Shown here: piece after piece, positions 7,437 through 16,225 of the stretch | How positions within the stretch are numbered: position 1 is the first letter of the stretch | Layout: the number at the start of each line of letters is the position of its first letter | Source: Armatimonadota bacterium | GTDB lineage: Bacteria > Armatimonadota > UBA5829 > DTLH01 | Assembly (NCBI GenBank): GCA_039679675.1 | Contig: JBDKUN010000016.1 | Location: 1 to 36,431, forward strand | DNA length: 36,431 nucleotides | Reading direction: 5' to 3' | Notes under the pieces: generated by a model | Told to the model about the DNA's origin: nothing | The model's database searches: none | The model's input: only the letters and a program-made list of their open reading frames with translations | Translations under genes and position numbers: made by a program

Positions 7437-10400
7437 ATGCGTAGAAATCTACGTAAATCAGCGTATAGATTTACGCTGATCGCATCGATGATGCTGATCC
7501 TTGTCCTCTGTGCAGGAGTATCATTTGCACAGTCGTCGAACTGGGGTCAGTGGCATTATTATGTCAATGTCGATGTAAACACCGGACCGTATGCAAGGAC
7601 AGCTACTCCGGTAGAGATGAAGATTAACTTCACCAACTATCTTCCAGCAGGGAAATCACTTGATGTAAACTCTGTAAGAGTCGTGGAGTTTATTGATCAG
7701 GGAAGAACTGGCACACCTGTAGAGGTCAACAGCCAGTTTGACCAGGGCTCCGGGTTTGATGCAGCCACAAATGCAACCGGAGAGGTGGTATGGATCTTGA
7801 GGGGAACTAATACTGATCCCAATGCTACCTACGAAACCCCGGCAGGAGCGACAAGATCCTACAGAGTCTATTTCGATAGTATCGATTTCCTCAAGGACGC
7901 ACCGGATTACCACACTGACCTCGTTTATGATGGAATCTCAAACACAGCATACCCCACGATAGAGAATAGTGCTTACAAGGCAACAATCTACCAGTCCAGG
8001 GCCACTATCTATAGGTTCGAGAACAAGCTCACTGGTGGGATGATGTGGTATGCTACGAAGACAGCACCGGATTCCGGATCTGCTCCGACCGATAACATCG
8101 GTATGTATTACGCTACAAACGAGTATCCGGATGGTAAATGTTTCGGATGCGTCAATAGCGGTGCAACTCTTGGAATTTCCGCAAACAAAGCGGTCAGAGT
8201 TACATATTCTACATACAAGACATTCAGTGCCTGTGCTGAAAACTGGGTAATGAAGTTTTACTCAGGAATCCCTTACTTTAAGAACGAAGCCACAATGTCC
8301 AGGCCTGGCAGTGATGTGGCCTGGCAGAATTTGCAAATCTATTATAATGACAGCAGCGCCCCAAAGAGAACTCTTTGTGGTGAGACAACTGAGCCAAATC
8401 CACTTAATACATCTTACACAATGCCGATGGCTGAGGTGTACGACTATGATGCAGCCGGAGTTAACGGCGGCATCGGCCACCTGATGGGTGGAGATACTCT
8501 GATTACCAGCTATGGGCTTGTTAGTGGAACGATGTACAGAATTGACATGAGCGCCCTTGACGCAAGAGGATGCTACTGGAAATTCATGAACAACCCCTGG
8601 CTGCCGGTAACATTGAACAACGCATTGATGGTCCACAATGGAACTGACCAGGCATCTGCCAAAGCTGCAGTAGACAAGGCTCTTGCTGATTATGGCTCTC
8701 CTGTGAAAATCATGATCGTTGGAAGCAACACTAACTCCACAGGCTACGGCTCTATCAGTGGTAAAGTGACTGACGCTGCCAATTCCAGCAGGATTGCCAG
8801 AGGTGCAATGGTAAGACTGTGGGTAAATAACACCTACATCGGTAAGACCTACGCCTCAGCACTTGGTGACTATACATTCTCTAATGTTCCTGCAGGAACA
8901 GCAACGGTCAGTGCCAAGTGTGATGGATACGATACATCGGTAGTAAATGCCGGGACAATCACAGCCGGAACAGCGGCTACAAAGGACATTTCACTCACTT
9001 CCATCGCCTTCGCAACCCCTGCCAAGTTCATAAAATTGACTGCAGCTGCGGATGGAACTTGGAAACTTATCAAAAATGCGGATTGCAAGATTATTAATCC
9101 AAATCCTGCAACCACAACTCCTGCGGAAATTGCTGCATTCGCAGGACCTACTGTTGATCCTTCCATTACCACTTATGATATTGCAGTGCCTGCAAACTGG
9201 GACAGTGTACAAGGAACCGGTGTCGCCGTTTACGGGTGGTATCGTACCATAGTCAATGTCCCTTCAGACTGGAATTCAGGTTTGGGTGGAAAGAACTTGA
9301 GGCTGAGGGGTTTCGCCGTCGATAATGCAGCTGAAGTTTACTTCAATGGTGTCTATTCCGGGCGAACAAATGCTTTCGGTGCTGTCATCGGGCATGGATG
9401 CCCTGCTGACTTCAGAATCCCTGCCAGTGCAGTTAAGCCGGGCCAGGCCAATGTGCTTGCAATCAAGTGTTATGACGCCAACACTAACGGTGGTGGAATC
9501 TACTGGGGCATTCCTACCCTTGAGGTCGCGCCTGATACAGCAGCTGTGACCGTGACCGTCAAAGGGCCTCAGCTCGATACATGGAATCAACCTGCTATCC
9601 CGATTCCGGGAGCTACAGTAAAGTTCCTTGGTGTGACAGCCGGTGGTAAAGACGCAATAAACGGTGTTACAGATGCAAATGGCAACTGCACGTTCTACTC
9701 GGTACCGGGTGAGCTCTACACCGTAACAGTCAGCCACCCCGACTACGGGACGAAGACACTTACAAACGTAGAAATCCCTGAGACCGGATCGATCACTATT
9801 CCGGTAACATATGATGCATTCCTCTGCACGGTATCAGGCACGGTTACGCAGAACAATGCGCCGCTTGCCAATGCCCGCGTATTTATTACCAATGGTGATA
9901 ATTATGCCTCAGCCCTTACAAAAGCCGATGGCACATATACTGCGTCAGGTATAAAGTCTGGCGACTGCCTGTTCTCAGTCAATGCACTGAGATCCATGCC
10001 TGTAACGGATGAACCGATTAATGTGAAATTGCACCAGGTGACGAAGGATGTCGATCTGCCATGTGGTGTTACTCCTGTATATGACGACTTTTCAGGAGCC
10101 GCACTTGACATGAATAAGTGGGAATACTTCAATTCAGCACCTGCTGCCGGGTATGAAACAACCGACTCAACAGCCACATTGGCCAATGGCATATTGAAGC
10201 TCGAGCCGGTGCCAGTAAGGGGCGGTATCATAAGCAAAGCCGCATTCCCTAAATGCGGGACATATGAAGTGCTATTCCCGAAAATGTATGAAGGAGTAGT
10301 AAACGCGTCCAACCAGTGCTTTGTCATTATCAAGGACAAAGTTTCCGGTCACAAGAACATTGTTGACCTCCAGGATCAGCAATATACTGCTGGGGCTACT

Positions 10401-11894
10401 CAGTCCAGAATAAAGGTCTTCTTCAACGCAGCGACTGCTTGGGATGCGGGGACTCTTGGAAGTTATCCGATGAAATACTCGATCGTTAGAACAGGTAACT
10501 TCTACGACATCTATGTAAACGGCACATGGAAGAAGGATCTGGGAGTATTGACCGATATTCCTGGTGATGCATATGTGTTCTTGAACGGATATGAGGCAGA
10601 TGGTGCTGTCACACCGACAGTTGCTTATTATGATGAGATAAGAGCTGGAGCTTCGGTGCCAGTAACACCGACAACGCTTGCCGGAGCAAGAACCGCGGCA
10701 GGTGGTTCGATGCTTAGCGTCTCAGGCGCAGTTGTAACTGCAAGCTATGACAACTACTTCTTCATAGAGAACACAGACCGCTCTGCAGGTATAAAGGTTA
10801 TTTCTACGGCCAAGCCTGCGGTAGGCAAGGTTGCGTTCGTAGCTGGAAACGTAGTGAAAGCTGACAATGAAGTTGCCATCGCTGAGGTAGATGATAACTT
10901 CACTACTGATTCTAATGTGACAGTGCCTCCACCTGTAGCAGTAACAGGCAAGGTAGCCGGAGAGCTGGACAAGGCCGGAGCTGCTGCACAGGGAATGATT
11001 GTCAAGGTTGCAGGGACAGTAACTGGTCTCCACACCAACACGGACAATAAGGTGGATGGCTACTTCCTCGATGACGGAAGCGGAATCGTTGGAGACGGGA
11101 CCCACAAGGGGATCTTCGTTGAGATGGATCCTACCTGGGGAACAAACAGCAGCATAGTAGGCAAGTTCAAGACAATCGTGAGCCCGCTTACAGTAAAGAA
11201 GCTAGGTGATACTGTTCTTCCTGCTGTAAAGGGAGTTCTTGACACAACTCCACCCACATTCACTGCATATAACGACTGCTCCTGGTCAGATGGCCAGCTA
11301 AACAACAACATCACTGCCTACGGAGTAGGTACAGGATTTGGTGGATCCACAACCGGATTCCTCAAAGACTATACAACAGGGACTTCATTCCCTGTTATGG
11401 CGACATTCACAACTTCAGGTAATGTTGCTTGGAGTGCCAATGGAGGAGCTAACTGTGTAGGCAGTTCAGCTGCAGGCAGTGTCTTCAGCGGCAAGGTAGA
11501 CTTCATCGGATACATCCAATGCGCAGCAACCGGTGCATATGTAGACCTTACCTTCAGCGGGCTTGACCCCAATGGAAAGTATGAGTTTGCAACTACTGCA
11601 AACGGAGCAGATAACAGCCTTGGAATTATCACAAGGTATACTATATCAGAAGCTTCGAGCTTCACTAACACAAGCGCGAATGCAGATAGTATCGTAGTAA
11701 GCGCGGATGGTGCCTATACTGAGTTCAACACAGGTAATAACAGCGGTGATTTCGGTATTGGCGGATGCATAGCCAGATGGACCAACATCCAGCCATCCGC
11801 AACAGGTACATTCACAGTAAGAGCGGAATTCGGGGAAGGCAACAACAGTACATATGCGTTTGCATTCAATGCCTTCATGCTGAAGAAGCTCTAA
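7437..11894 (+). CDS. Large secreted multidomain beta-rich protein (carboxypeptidase-regulatory-like repeats, GH2-type sugar-binding jelly-roll, OB-fold-like module)
   Basis: 1485 aa with GAGGAGG RBS and signal peptide. Motifs GSISGKVTDA and TVSGTVTQNNAPLANARV; IAVPANW..GWYRTIVNVP..AVDNAAEVYFNG; VVTAS..FFIENTDRSAGIKV..YFLDDGSG. Confidence 0.85.
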   Translation: MRRNLRKSAYRFTLIASMMLILVLCAGVSFAQSSNWGQWHYYVNVDVNTGPYARTATPVEMKINFTNYLPAGKSLDVNSVRVVEFIDQGRTGTPVEVNSQFDQGSGFDAATNATGEVVWILRGTNTDPNATYETPAGATRSYRVYFDSIDFLKDAPDYHTDLVYDGISNTAYPTIENSAYKATIYQSRATIYRFENKLTGGMMWYATKTAPDSGSAPTDNIGMYYATNEYPDGKCFGCVNSGATLGISANKAVRVTYSTYKTFSACAENWVMKFYSGIPYFKNEATMSRPGSDVAWQNLQIYYNDSSAPKRTLCGETTEPNPLNTSYTMPMAEVYDYDAAGVNGGIGHLMGGDTLITSYGLVSGTMYRIDMSALDARGCYWKFMNNPWLPVTLNNALMVHNGTDQASAKAAVDKALADYGSPVKIMIVGSNTNSTGYGSISGKVTDAANSSRIARGAMVRLWVNNTYIGKTYASALGDYTFSNVPAGTATVSAKCDGYDTSVVNAGTITAGTAATKDISLTSIAFATPAKFIKLTAAADGTWKLIKNADCKIINPNPATTTPAEIAAFAGPTVDPSITTYDIAVPANWDSVQGTGVAVYGWYRTIVNVPSDWNSGLGGKNLRLRGFAVDNAAEVYFNGVYSGRTNAFGAVIGHGCPADFRIPASAVKPGQANVLAIKCYDANTNGGGIYWGIPTLEVAPDTAAVTVTVKGPQLDTWNQPAIPIPGATVKFLGVTAGGKDAINGVTDANGNCTFYSVPGELYTVTVSHPDYGTKTLTNVEIPETGSITIPVTYDAFLCTVSGTVTQNNAPLANARVFITNGDNYASALTKADGTYTASGIKSGDCLFSVNALRSMPVTDEPINVKLHQVTKDVDLPCGVTPVYDDFSGAALDMNKWEYFNSAPAAGYETTDSTATLANGILKLEPVPVRGGIISKAAFPKCGTYEVLFPKMYEGVVNASNQCFVIIKDKVSGHKNIVDLQDQQYTAGATQSRIKVFFNAATAWDAGTLGSYPMKYSIVRTGNFYDIYVNGTWKKDLGVLTDIPGDAYVFLNGYEADGAVTPTVAYYDEIRAGASVPVTPTTLAGARTAAGGSMLSVSGAVVTASYDNYFFIENTDRSAGIKVISTAKPAVGKVAFVAGNVVKADNEVAIAEVDDNFTTDSNVTVPPPVAVTGKVAGELDKAGAAAQGMIVKVAGTVTGLHTNTDNKVDGYFLDDGSGIVGDGTHKGIFVEMDPTWGTNSSIVGKFKTIVSPLTVKKLGDTVLPAVKGVLDTTPPTFTAYNDCSWSDGQLNNNITAYGVGTGFGGSTTGFLKDYTTGTSFPVMATFTTSGNVAWSANGGANCVGSSAAGSVFSGKVDFIGYIQCAATGAYVDLTFSGLDPNGKYEFATTANGADNSLGIITRYTISEASSFTNTSANADSIVVSADGAYTEFNTGNNSGDFGIGGCIARWTNIQPSATGTFTVRAEFGEGNNSTYAFAFNAFMLKKL

Positions 11895-11906
11895 TAACTG
11901 CTTAAG

Positions 11907-11957
11907 GAGTTTTGGCAATTTATGTAACGAGAATCAGAACTGTTACAGCCAAAACCC
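11907..11957. repeat. About 51-bp palindromic repeat, inverted relative to 6867-6918
   Basis: GAGTTTTGGC...GCCAAAACCC with inner TGTAAC/GTTACA. Confidence 0.7.
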
Positions 11958-11990
11958 TGTAGATGCCCTGAAAAGCATCTATCTGTCTAC

Positions 11991-12024
11991 AAAGAGCCGC
12001 CTGGGGAGACTTGGGCGGCTCTTT
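11991..12024 (+). terminator. Intrinsic terminator
   Basis: AAAGAGCCGCCT-loop-GGGCGGCTCTTT. Confidence 0.8.
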
Positions 12025-12085
12025 CAAATTATTCTGTAAATTTACCTTGACACTTTACTGATTATGCTGTTGAATGTATATAGTT

Positions 12086-12304
12086 ACAGCCTCTACGGCT
12101 GTTATGCAAGCATGAAATGGACCTGTGTGGTCCATTCATCAGGCTGACGTCCAAAAGACGCGGCTAAAGCCGGTCCGCTGGAGGCGGGCGGCGAATTGCA
12201 GGCCAACGAGCCTGGCGCAATCCCTGATTGCTATTGCAGGGTAGGATATAAGAGGGTTAGGAGAGAGATATATGCGCAGTCGTGCTGCTAACGGCTGCGT
12301 TTTT
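12086..12304 (+). ncRNA. Candidate multi-hairpin ncRNA (family unrecognised)
   Basis: GC-rich island of consecutive hairpins and a multibranch junction. Ends in stem GCGCAGTCGT/ACGGCTGCGT + TTTT. TTGACA at 12047. Confidence 0.45.
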
Positions 12305-12494
12305 ATGTACTATCCCTCGGTCCTGTAACTTACATCGAACCAGCCGCGTGATTGAACATCCCAATCTGCTCAATGATAGTGTAAACCAGCGTCAGAGGGC
12401 CTTCTTCGACTGATTTTGCACGCTAAAGGCAGGTAGAAACAGGCAATTTGTATAAGTAGATTGTGATATAGAATTTTTGTCTGAAACTTATTGT

Positions 12495-12589
12495 AGAGTT
12501 TCAGGAGATAAAGTAACAGCCTTACAGCTATATAAACAGTTCTCTGATGTAGCTATATCTGTTGATTTTACATTTACACCTGAAACTCT
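12495..12589. repeat. 95-bp palindromic MITE-like repeat, copy 2
   Basis: Direct repeat of 6764-6858 with 2 mismatches. Confidence 0.9.
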
Positions 12590-12595
12590 TCCGGA

Positions 12596-12651
12596 AGATT
12601 TTCGGCAACAGCCAATATATGATTGGCCGTTAATTAATCAGCCGAAAATCT
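12596..12651. repeat. 56-bp palindrome related to the 52-bp repeats
   Basis: AGATTTTCGGC...GCCGAAAATCT with inner AACAGCCAAT/ATTGGCCGTT. Confidence 0.6.
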
Positions 12652-12673
12652 ATAGCTGATCGGAGGATTATAT

Positions 12674-13162
12674 ATGCCATCTCTCAAAATTGGAGACCGG
12701 GTTAAGATAACAGATCGTGATATGACTTTGGCTGATGTCAAATCCGGCCAGTATTACGACTATTTTAGAAACCTGACAGGGACGATAGAACGTATCTATG
12801 ATGATAATACAGCCTGCATAAACGTCGAAATGGAGAGCCTGCCGGAAGGTGTTTTGAATAACCATCAAAGCATTGAAGACTCGGTGAGGAACCGTTGGAT
12901 AAGTGGCCTTGGCGTAGAACAAAAAGAGAAGATGCGCGAGACAGACAGGCAGTTGGCCCTGAGATACAACATTCTTGTCAATGTGTCCGACCTGTCCCTG
13001 GCTGGAAAGGCTAAAGCAGCCGCTGCCGGTAAGTCAAAAGATGCAGCCCCGGCAGAAAAGGCGGTGAAACAGGATGCACGCCGCCAGACGCAGGCTGAGA
13101 TTGAAAAAGCAGAAGAGGATCATCTTAAATCAATCGCAGCTAAAGCGAATGATGAGAGCTAG
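12674..13162 (+). CDS. Hypothetical protein, N-terminal KOW/SH3-like beta motif and charged tail
   Basis: GGAGG RBS, LKIGDRVKI start, 162 aa. Confidence 0.8.
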   Translation: MPSLKIGDRVKITDRDMTLADVKSGQYYDYFRNLTGTIERIYDDNTACINVEMESLPEGVLNNHQSIEDSVRNRWISGLGVEQKEKMRETDRQLALRYNILVNVSDLSLAGKAKAAAAGKSKDAAPAEKAVKQDARRQTQAEIEKAEEDHLKSIAAKANDES

Positions 13163-13262
13163 CTCGGCTTTGCAAGAAATATTAAATTTTATTTGCATTA
13201 TGCGTTTAGTCAACCCTGTGACTTGGTAGACTAGAAGTGCATAACCGAATAGCGCACCCACT

Positions 13263-13400
13263 TCCAGGCCAGGGTAAGATCACTTTGAGATATTTGGCCA
13301 TATTGAAGCGCCCCTGTTGTTATACGCGCCGGGTAGTACCGGTCCGTCACTGGGGAAATGCCTTATGGTTTTTGCTCAAAGTGGTGAACTCTGGCCTGGA
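13263..13400 (+). ncRNA. Candidate rod-shaped ncRNA with internal bubbles (6S-like architecture)
   Basis: Long stem TCCAGGCCAGGGT..ATCACTTTGAG / CTCAAAGTGGT..ACTCTGGCCTGGA with inner stems. Non-Watson-Crick positions within the stems are G-U on the plus strand. Confidence 0.5.
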
Positions 13401-13587
13401 TCAATTTATGACTATATGAGTAACGCATCCTGTTTGCCTCGTTCGTGAATAGATGTAAGATAGTAGACGCTCTCTGTCTTGATACCTCACCTGTACCAGT
13501 AAATTTTATCCGAAATAGAGGAATTTTTGCAGGTGTGAGAGAATTTGCAGGTATAAATTGCAAGTTGGCGGGTTTTCAGGTGGTGAT

Positions 13588-14436
13588 GTGAGGTTGACTG
13601 TAACACGTTCTGATATTGAGGACGGGCTGAGGAATATCGGACTTCAGAATGGCGACACGGTAGTACTACACAGCTCACTTTCCAGCCTTGGTGTGGTCGA
13701 AGGCGGCGCCGATGCGGTTGTTGATGCCGTGCTGCGTACAATCGGCCCCGAAGGGACGCTTGTAGTGCCGGCTTTCAACTATTCGCCTAATCCGTTCGAT
13801 CCATTAGTCACGCCGTCCGTGTGCGGCCGCATCACAGAGGCCGTTCGGATGCGTCCGAATGCAGTCAGGAGCCTCCATCCGACACATTCCGTCGCCGCTA
13901 TCGGCCGTGATGCGGAAGAAATTACCCAAAACCATGAAAGCGTCCATCCGTTCGGCATCGGATCACCGCTCTACAAGGTTTTTGATAGAGAAGGTAAAAT
14001 ACTGCAGATCGGTGTCGGCCACGATACGGACTCCATCATACACGTCGCCGAGGAACTGGCTGAAGTGCCTTATGTAAACCGCGTAAGAGGCGTTCGAATA
14101 GCCGGTCCAAAAGGAGAGAGCCTGCGTATTACCGTGAGAAGGCCCGGTTGCAGCAGAGGGTTTCCAAAGATCGAAGAAAAGCTGGAGGAATCCGGCGCAG
14201 TCAGTGAGACGGTGATCGGCGAGGCTGTAGTGAGGCTTATATCTGCTGTCGAAATAGTGAAAGCCGCCGTAGAGATGCTTTCTGAAGACCCTGCCGCGCT
14301 TCTGTGCGATATACCCGAATGCCCCACCTGTGCGGAAGCCCGCGCCATGATAGCCGCTACCCAGATCGAGGAGGAAGACGAAGCCTGGATCAAGAATTTC
14401 AAAGAGATAGAGCGGCTGGAACAACTCGGCGAGTAG
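13588..14436 (+). CDS. AAC(3)-family (YokD-like) N-acetyltransferase
   Basis: LHSSLSSLG, GTLVVPAFN, RSLHPTHSVAAIG, IHVAEE. GTG start at 13588 is preferred over the ORF-track start 13558. Confidence 0.9.
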   Translation: MRLTVTRSDIEDGLRNIGLQNGDTVVLHSSLSSLGVVEGGADAVVDAVLRTIGPEGTLVVPAFNYSPNPFDPLVTPSVCGRITEAVRMRPNAVRSLHPTHSVAAIGRDAEEITQNHESVHPFGIGSPLYKVFDREGKILQIGVGHDTDSIIHVAEELAEVPYVNRVRGVRIAGPKGESLRITVRRPGCSRGFPKIEEKLEESGAVSETVIGEAVVRLISAVEIVKAAVEMLSEDPAALLCDIPECPTCAEARAMIAATQIEEEDEAWIKNFKEIERLEQLGE

Positions 14437-14437
14437 T

Positions 14438-14552
14438 TTTCTTTGGAGTGCGGACGCGCTAGCTTCCGCTTTTCTATCGGCATTCACTTTTGAAACGCGA
14501 ATTGCGCGGATTTAACGGACTAAAGCGAATGGTAGAGAATTAAAGCATCTAC
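14438..14552 (+). repeat. Left arm of composite REP/MITE-like element
   Basis: TTGGAGTGCGG..CCGCTTTT REP-like hairpin + TTTTGAAACGCGAATTGCGCGGA + GTAGA..TCTAC. Homologous to reverse complement of 28289-28411. Confidence 0.9.
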
Positions 14553-14828
14553 AATAAGACCCTCAAGTCTTCATCAATCCCTTTATAGAAAGCTCAAACT
14601 CTGGAGCAAGGGCCAAAATAAGCAGAGTCACCAATTGGGAAGAAAGCAAGATGGTAAGACGGTGGATAACATCAGTATTTCTTGCAACGGAAACAAGTTT
14701 CAAGCGTATGATGGGATATAAGGATATTTGGGTATAAAAAGCCGCACTAGATGAAGGTATTGACAAAGAAGAGAAAGCAGCGTAACATTCAGTTGAGCCA
14801 CCGCCAACTTTAAACTATGGCTGGGACA
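14553..14828 (+). mobile_element. IS256-family remnant (3' transposase fragment and right end)
   Basis: Translates to ..IESSNSGARAKISRVTNWEESKMVRRWITSVFLATETSFKRMMGYKDIWV*KAAL..EKAA*, resembling the IS256 C-terminus with an internal stop at 14735. Terminal sequence AACTTTAAACTATGGCTGGGACA. Confidence 0.8.
14760..14788 (+). promoter_or_regulatory. Outward-facing sigma70 promoter within the IS256 end
   Basis: TTGACA-17 nt-TAACAT. Confidence 0.55.
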
Positions 14829-16208
14829 GGTAATCCTAAGTCAATGACAGACTGGACAGGGACTTGGAGCTATGGGTATGACGAGAACAACAGGCTAGCG
14901 AGTGCTACCTCACCCAATCCGGTACCGGAACAGCCATGCGGCGGGGATTATGGTTACGACTGGGTAGGTAACAGGCTGAACCCTCCGACTGGCACAAACC
15001 ATATGGTCTACAATACTGCAGACCAACTGACAAGTTGGCCTGGGATGTACTCTTACAGCTACTATAATGACGGCAGCTTAATGGAAGTAAGGAATGCCCA
15101 GGATGCATTCATAAGCAGCTATACATATCACCCGAACGGGTTGCTAAACCAAGCTACTTATGTAACAGCCCAGGGGAACCATACTGCTGTAAATACATGG
15201 GACACAAACAGTAATAGAGTAGGACTAGAGATAAATGGTGGAACATACTCTTTTGTTCATGATATAAGAGCAGGAATGCCAGCAATTATAGAGGAGAACA
15301 AGACAGGAGGGACTCCCGTATACTACTACAGGGAACCAGGTGGGTCACTTATAGCAAGGTATGATTCTACCAATGGATGGAGATACTATCACTTTGATGC
15401 TCTTGGTTCCACAAGGCTAATAACTGATGGCAGAACTGGAGCAAACCTTGGTAATCCAACTGACAAATACAGCTATGATGCGTATGGAGGATTGATCTGG
15501 CATGAGAGACTGGAAGGCTCAATAGACCAGCCGTATCAGTATGTGGGGCAGTTGGGCTACTATACTCACTATCAGGACCCGGACTTCAAGCTCTTGCAAC
15601 TTGGGGTGAGGTATTATGATAATGAGATTGGCCGGTTTACTCAAAAGGATTCAATTTACGATGATACAATGAGTCTTTATGTATATGCTAATAGTTCGCC
15701 GCAGAGTTGGGTAGATGCTGATGGACGAAGTGCCGAAAAACCAAAAGCAAAGAAGCCTCCGAAGACAACTATTGAAAACCCCGTTTTTGGCTGGGATATT
15801 ATTGATGATGCAATTGATCAGTCAGCCTGTGAAGATGTAATTGAACATATCGGGAGGGAAAAACTCAGAATAATTGTTAGGTGCATCATTTGGGGTGAAT
15901 CATATCCAAAAGATAGTATGAATTCGAAGCGTTGTGGAACTTCGGCGGGAACGTGTTATGGATTGATGCAACTTGGTTATCCTAATGGGGTAGGTGCAGA
16001 TTGCGAAAAGAACTGGAGAAAGGATTACCCAGATTGGCGAACTGATGCATCTGACAATGTAGGTTGTGGTACACGTGCACTTTGCAACGCATTGAAAAAA
16101 CACAATTACAACACTCTAGACCCTGCTATAAAGGATAGATTGTATACTTCCATCCAAGGAGATGAATATAAAGAATGCAGAGAGACACTAGAAGGCAAGA
16201 AAGAATAA
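14817..16208 (+). CDS. 5'-truncated Rhs/YD-repeat protein with C-terminal lytic transglycosylase (SLT/lysozyme-like) toxin domain
   Basis: YD repeats, HFDALGSTR, LGVRYYDNEIGRFTQKD and core end YVYANSSPQSWVDADG. The tip contains IIWGES and GLMQL. Confidence 0.85.
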   Translation: MAGTGNPKSMTDWTGTWSYGYDENNRLASATSPNPVPEQPCGGDYGYDWVGNRLNPPTGTNHMVYNTADQLTSWPGMYSYSYYNDGSLMEVRNAQDAFISSYTYHPNGLLNQATYVTAQGNHTAVNTWDTNSNRVGLEINGGTYSFVHDIRAGMPAIIEENKTGGTPVYYYREPGGSLIARYDSTNGWRYYHFDALGSTRLITDGRTGANLGNPTDKYSYDAYGGLIWHERLEGSIDQPYQYVGQLGYYTHYQDPDFKLLQLGVRYYDNEIGRFTQKDSIYDDTMSLYVYANSSPQSWVDADGRSAEKPKAKKPPKTTIENPVFGWDIIDDAIDQSACEDVIEHIGREKLRIIVRCIIWGESYPKDSMNSKRCGTSAGTCYGLMQLGYPNGVGADCEKNWRKDYPDWRTDASDNVGCGTRALCNALKKHNYNTLDPAIKDRLYTSIQGDEYKECRETLEGKKE

Positions 16209-16225
16209 AGGTCATAGTCAGGTTT

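Noticed and set aside
12140..12170. Hammerhead ribozyme-like CTGACGTCC..GACG
   Set aside because: Lacks the CUGANGA and GAAA core.
6764..12651. Palindromes as integron attC sites or CRISPR repeats
   Set aside because: No RYYYAAC/GTTRRRY ends, no regular repeat-spacer array, and no integrase or cas genes in the window.
12477..12659. 60-aa ORF
   Set aside because: Lies almost entirely within the palindromic repeats, with a TTG start and no RBS.
13521..13565. Three TTGCA(G/A)GT direct repeats upstream of the AAC(3) gene
   Set aside because: Irregular spacing (18 and 13 nt), too weak to call an operator.
13588..14436. AAC(3) gene as an acquired aminoglycoside-resistance determinant
   Set aside because: Backbone-like composition, and the family contains many chromosomal YokD-like members. 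Resistance cannot be inferred from motifs.
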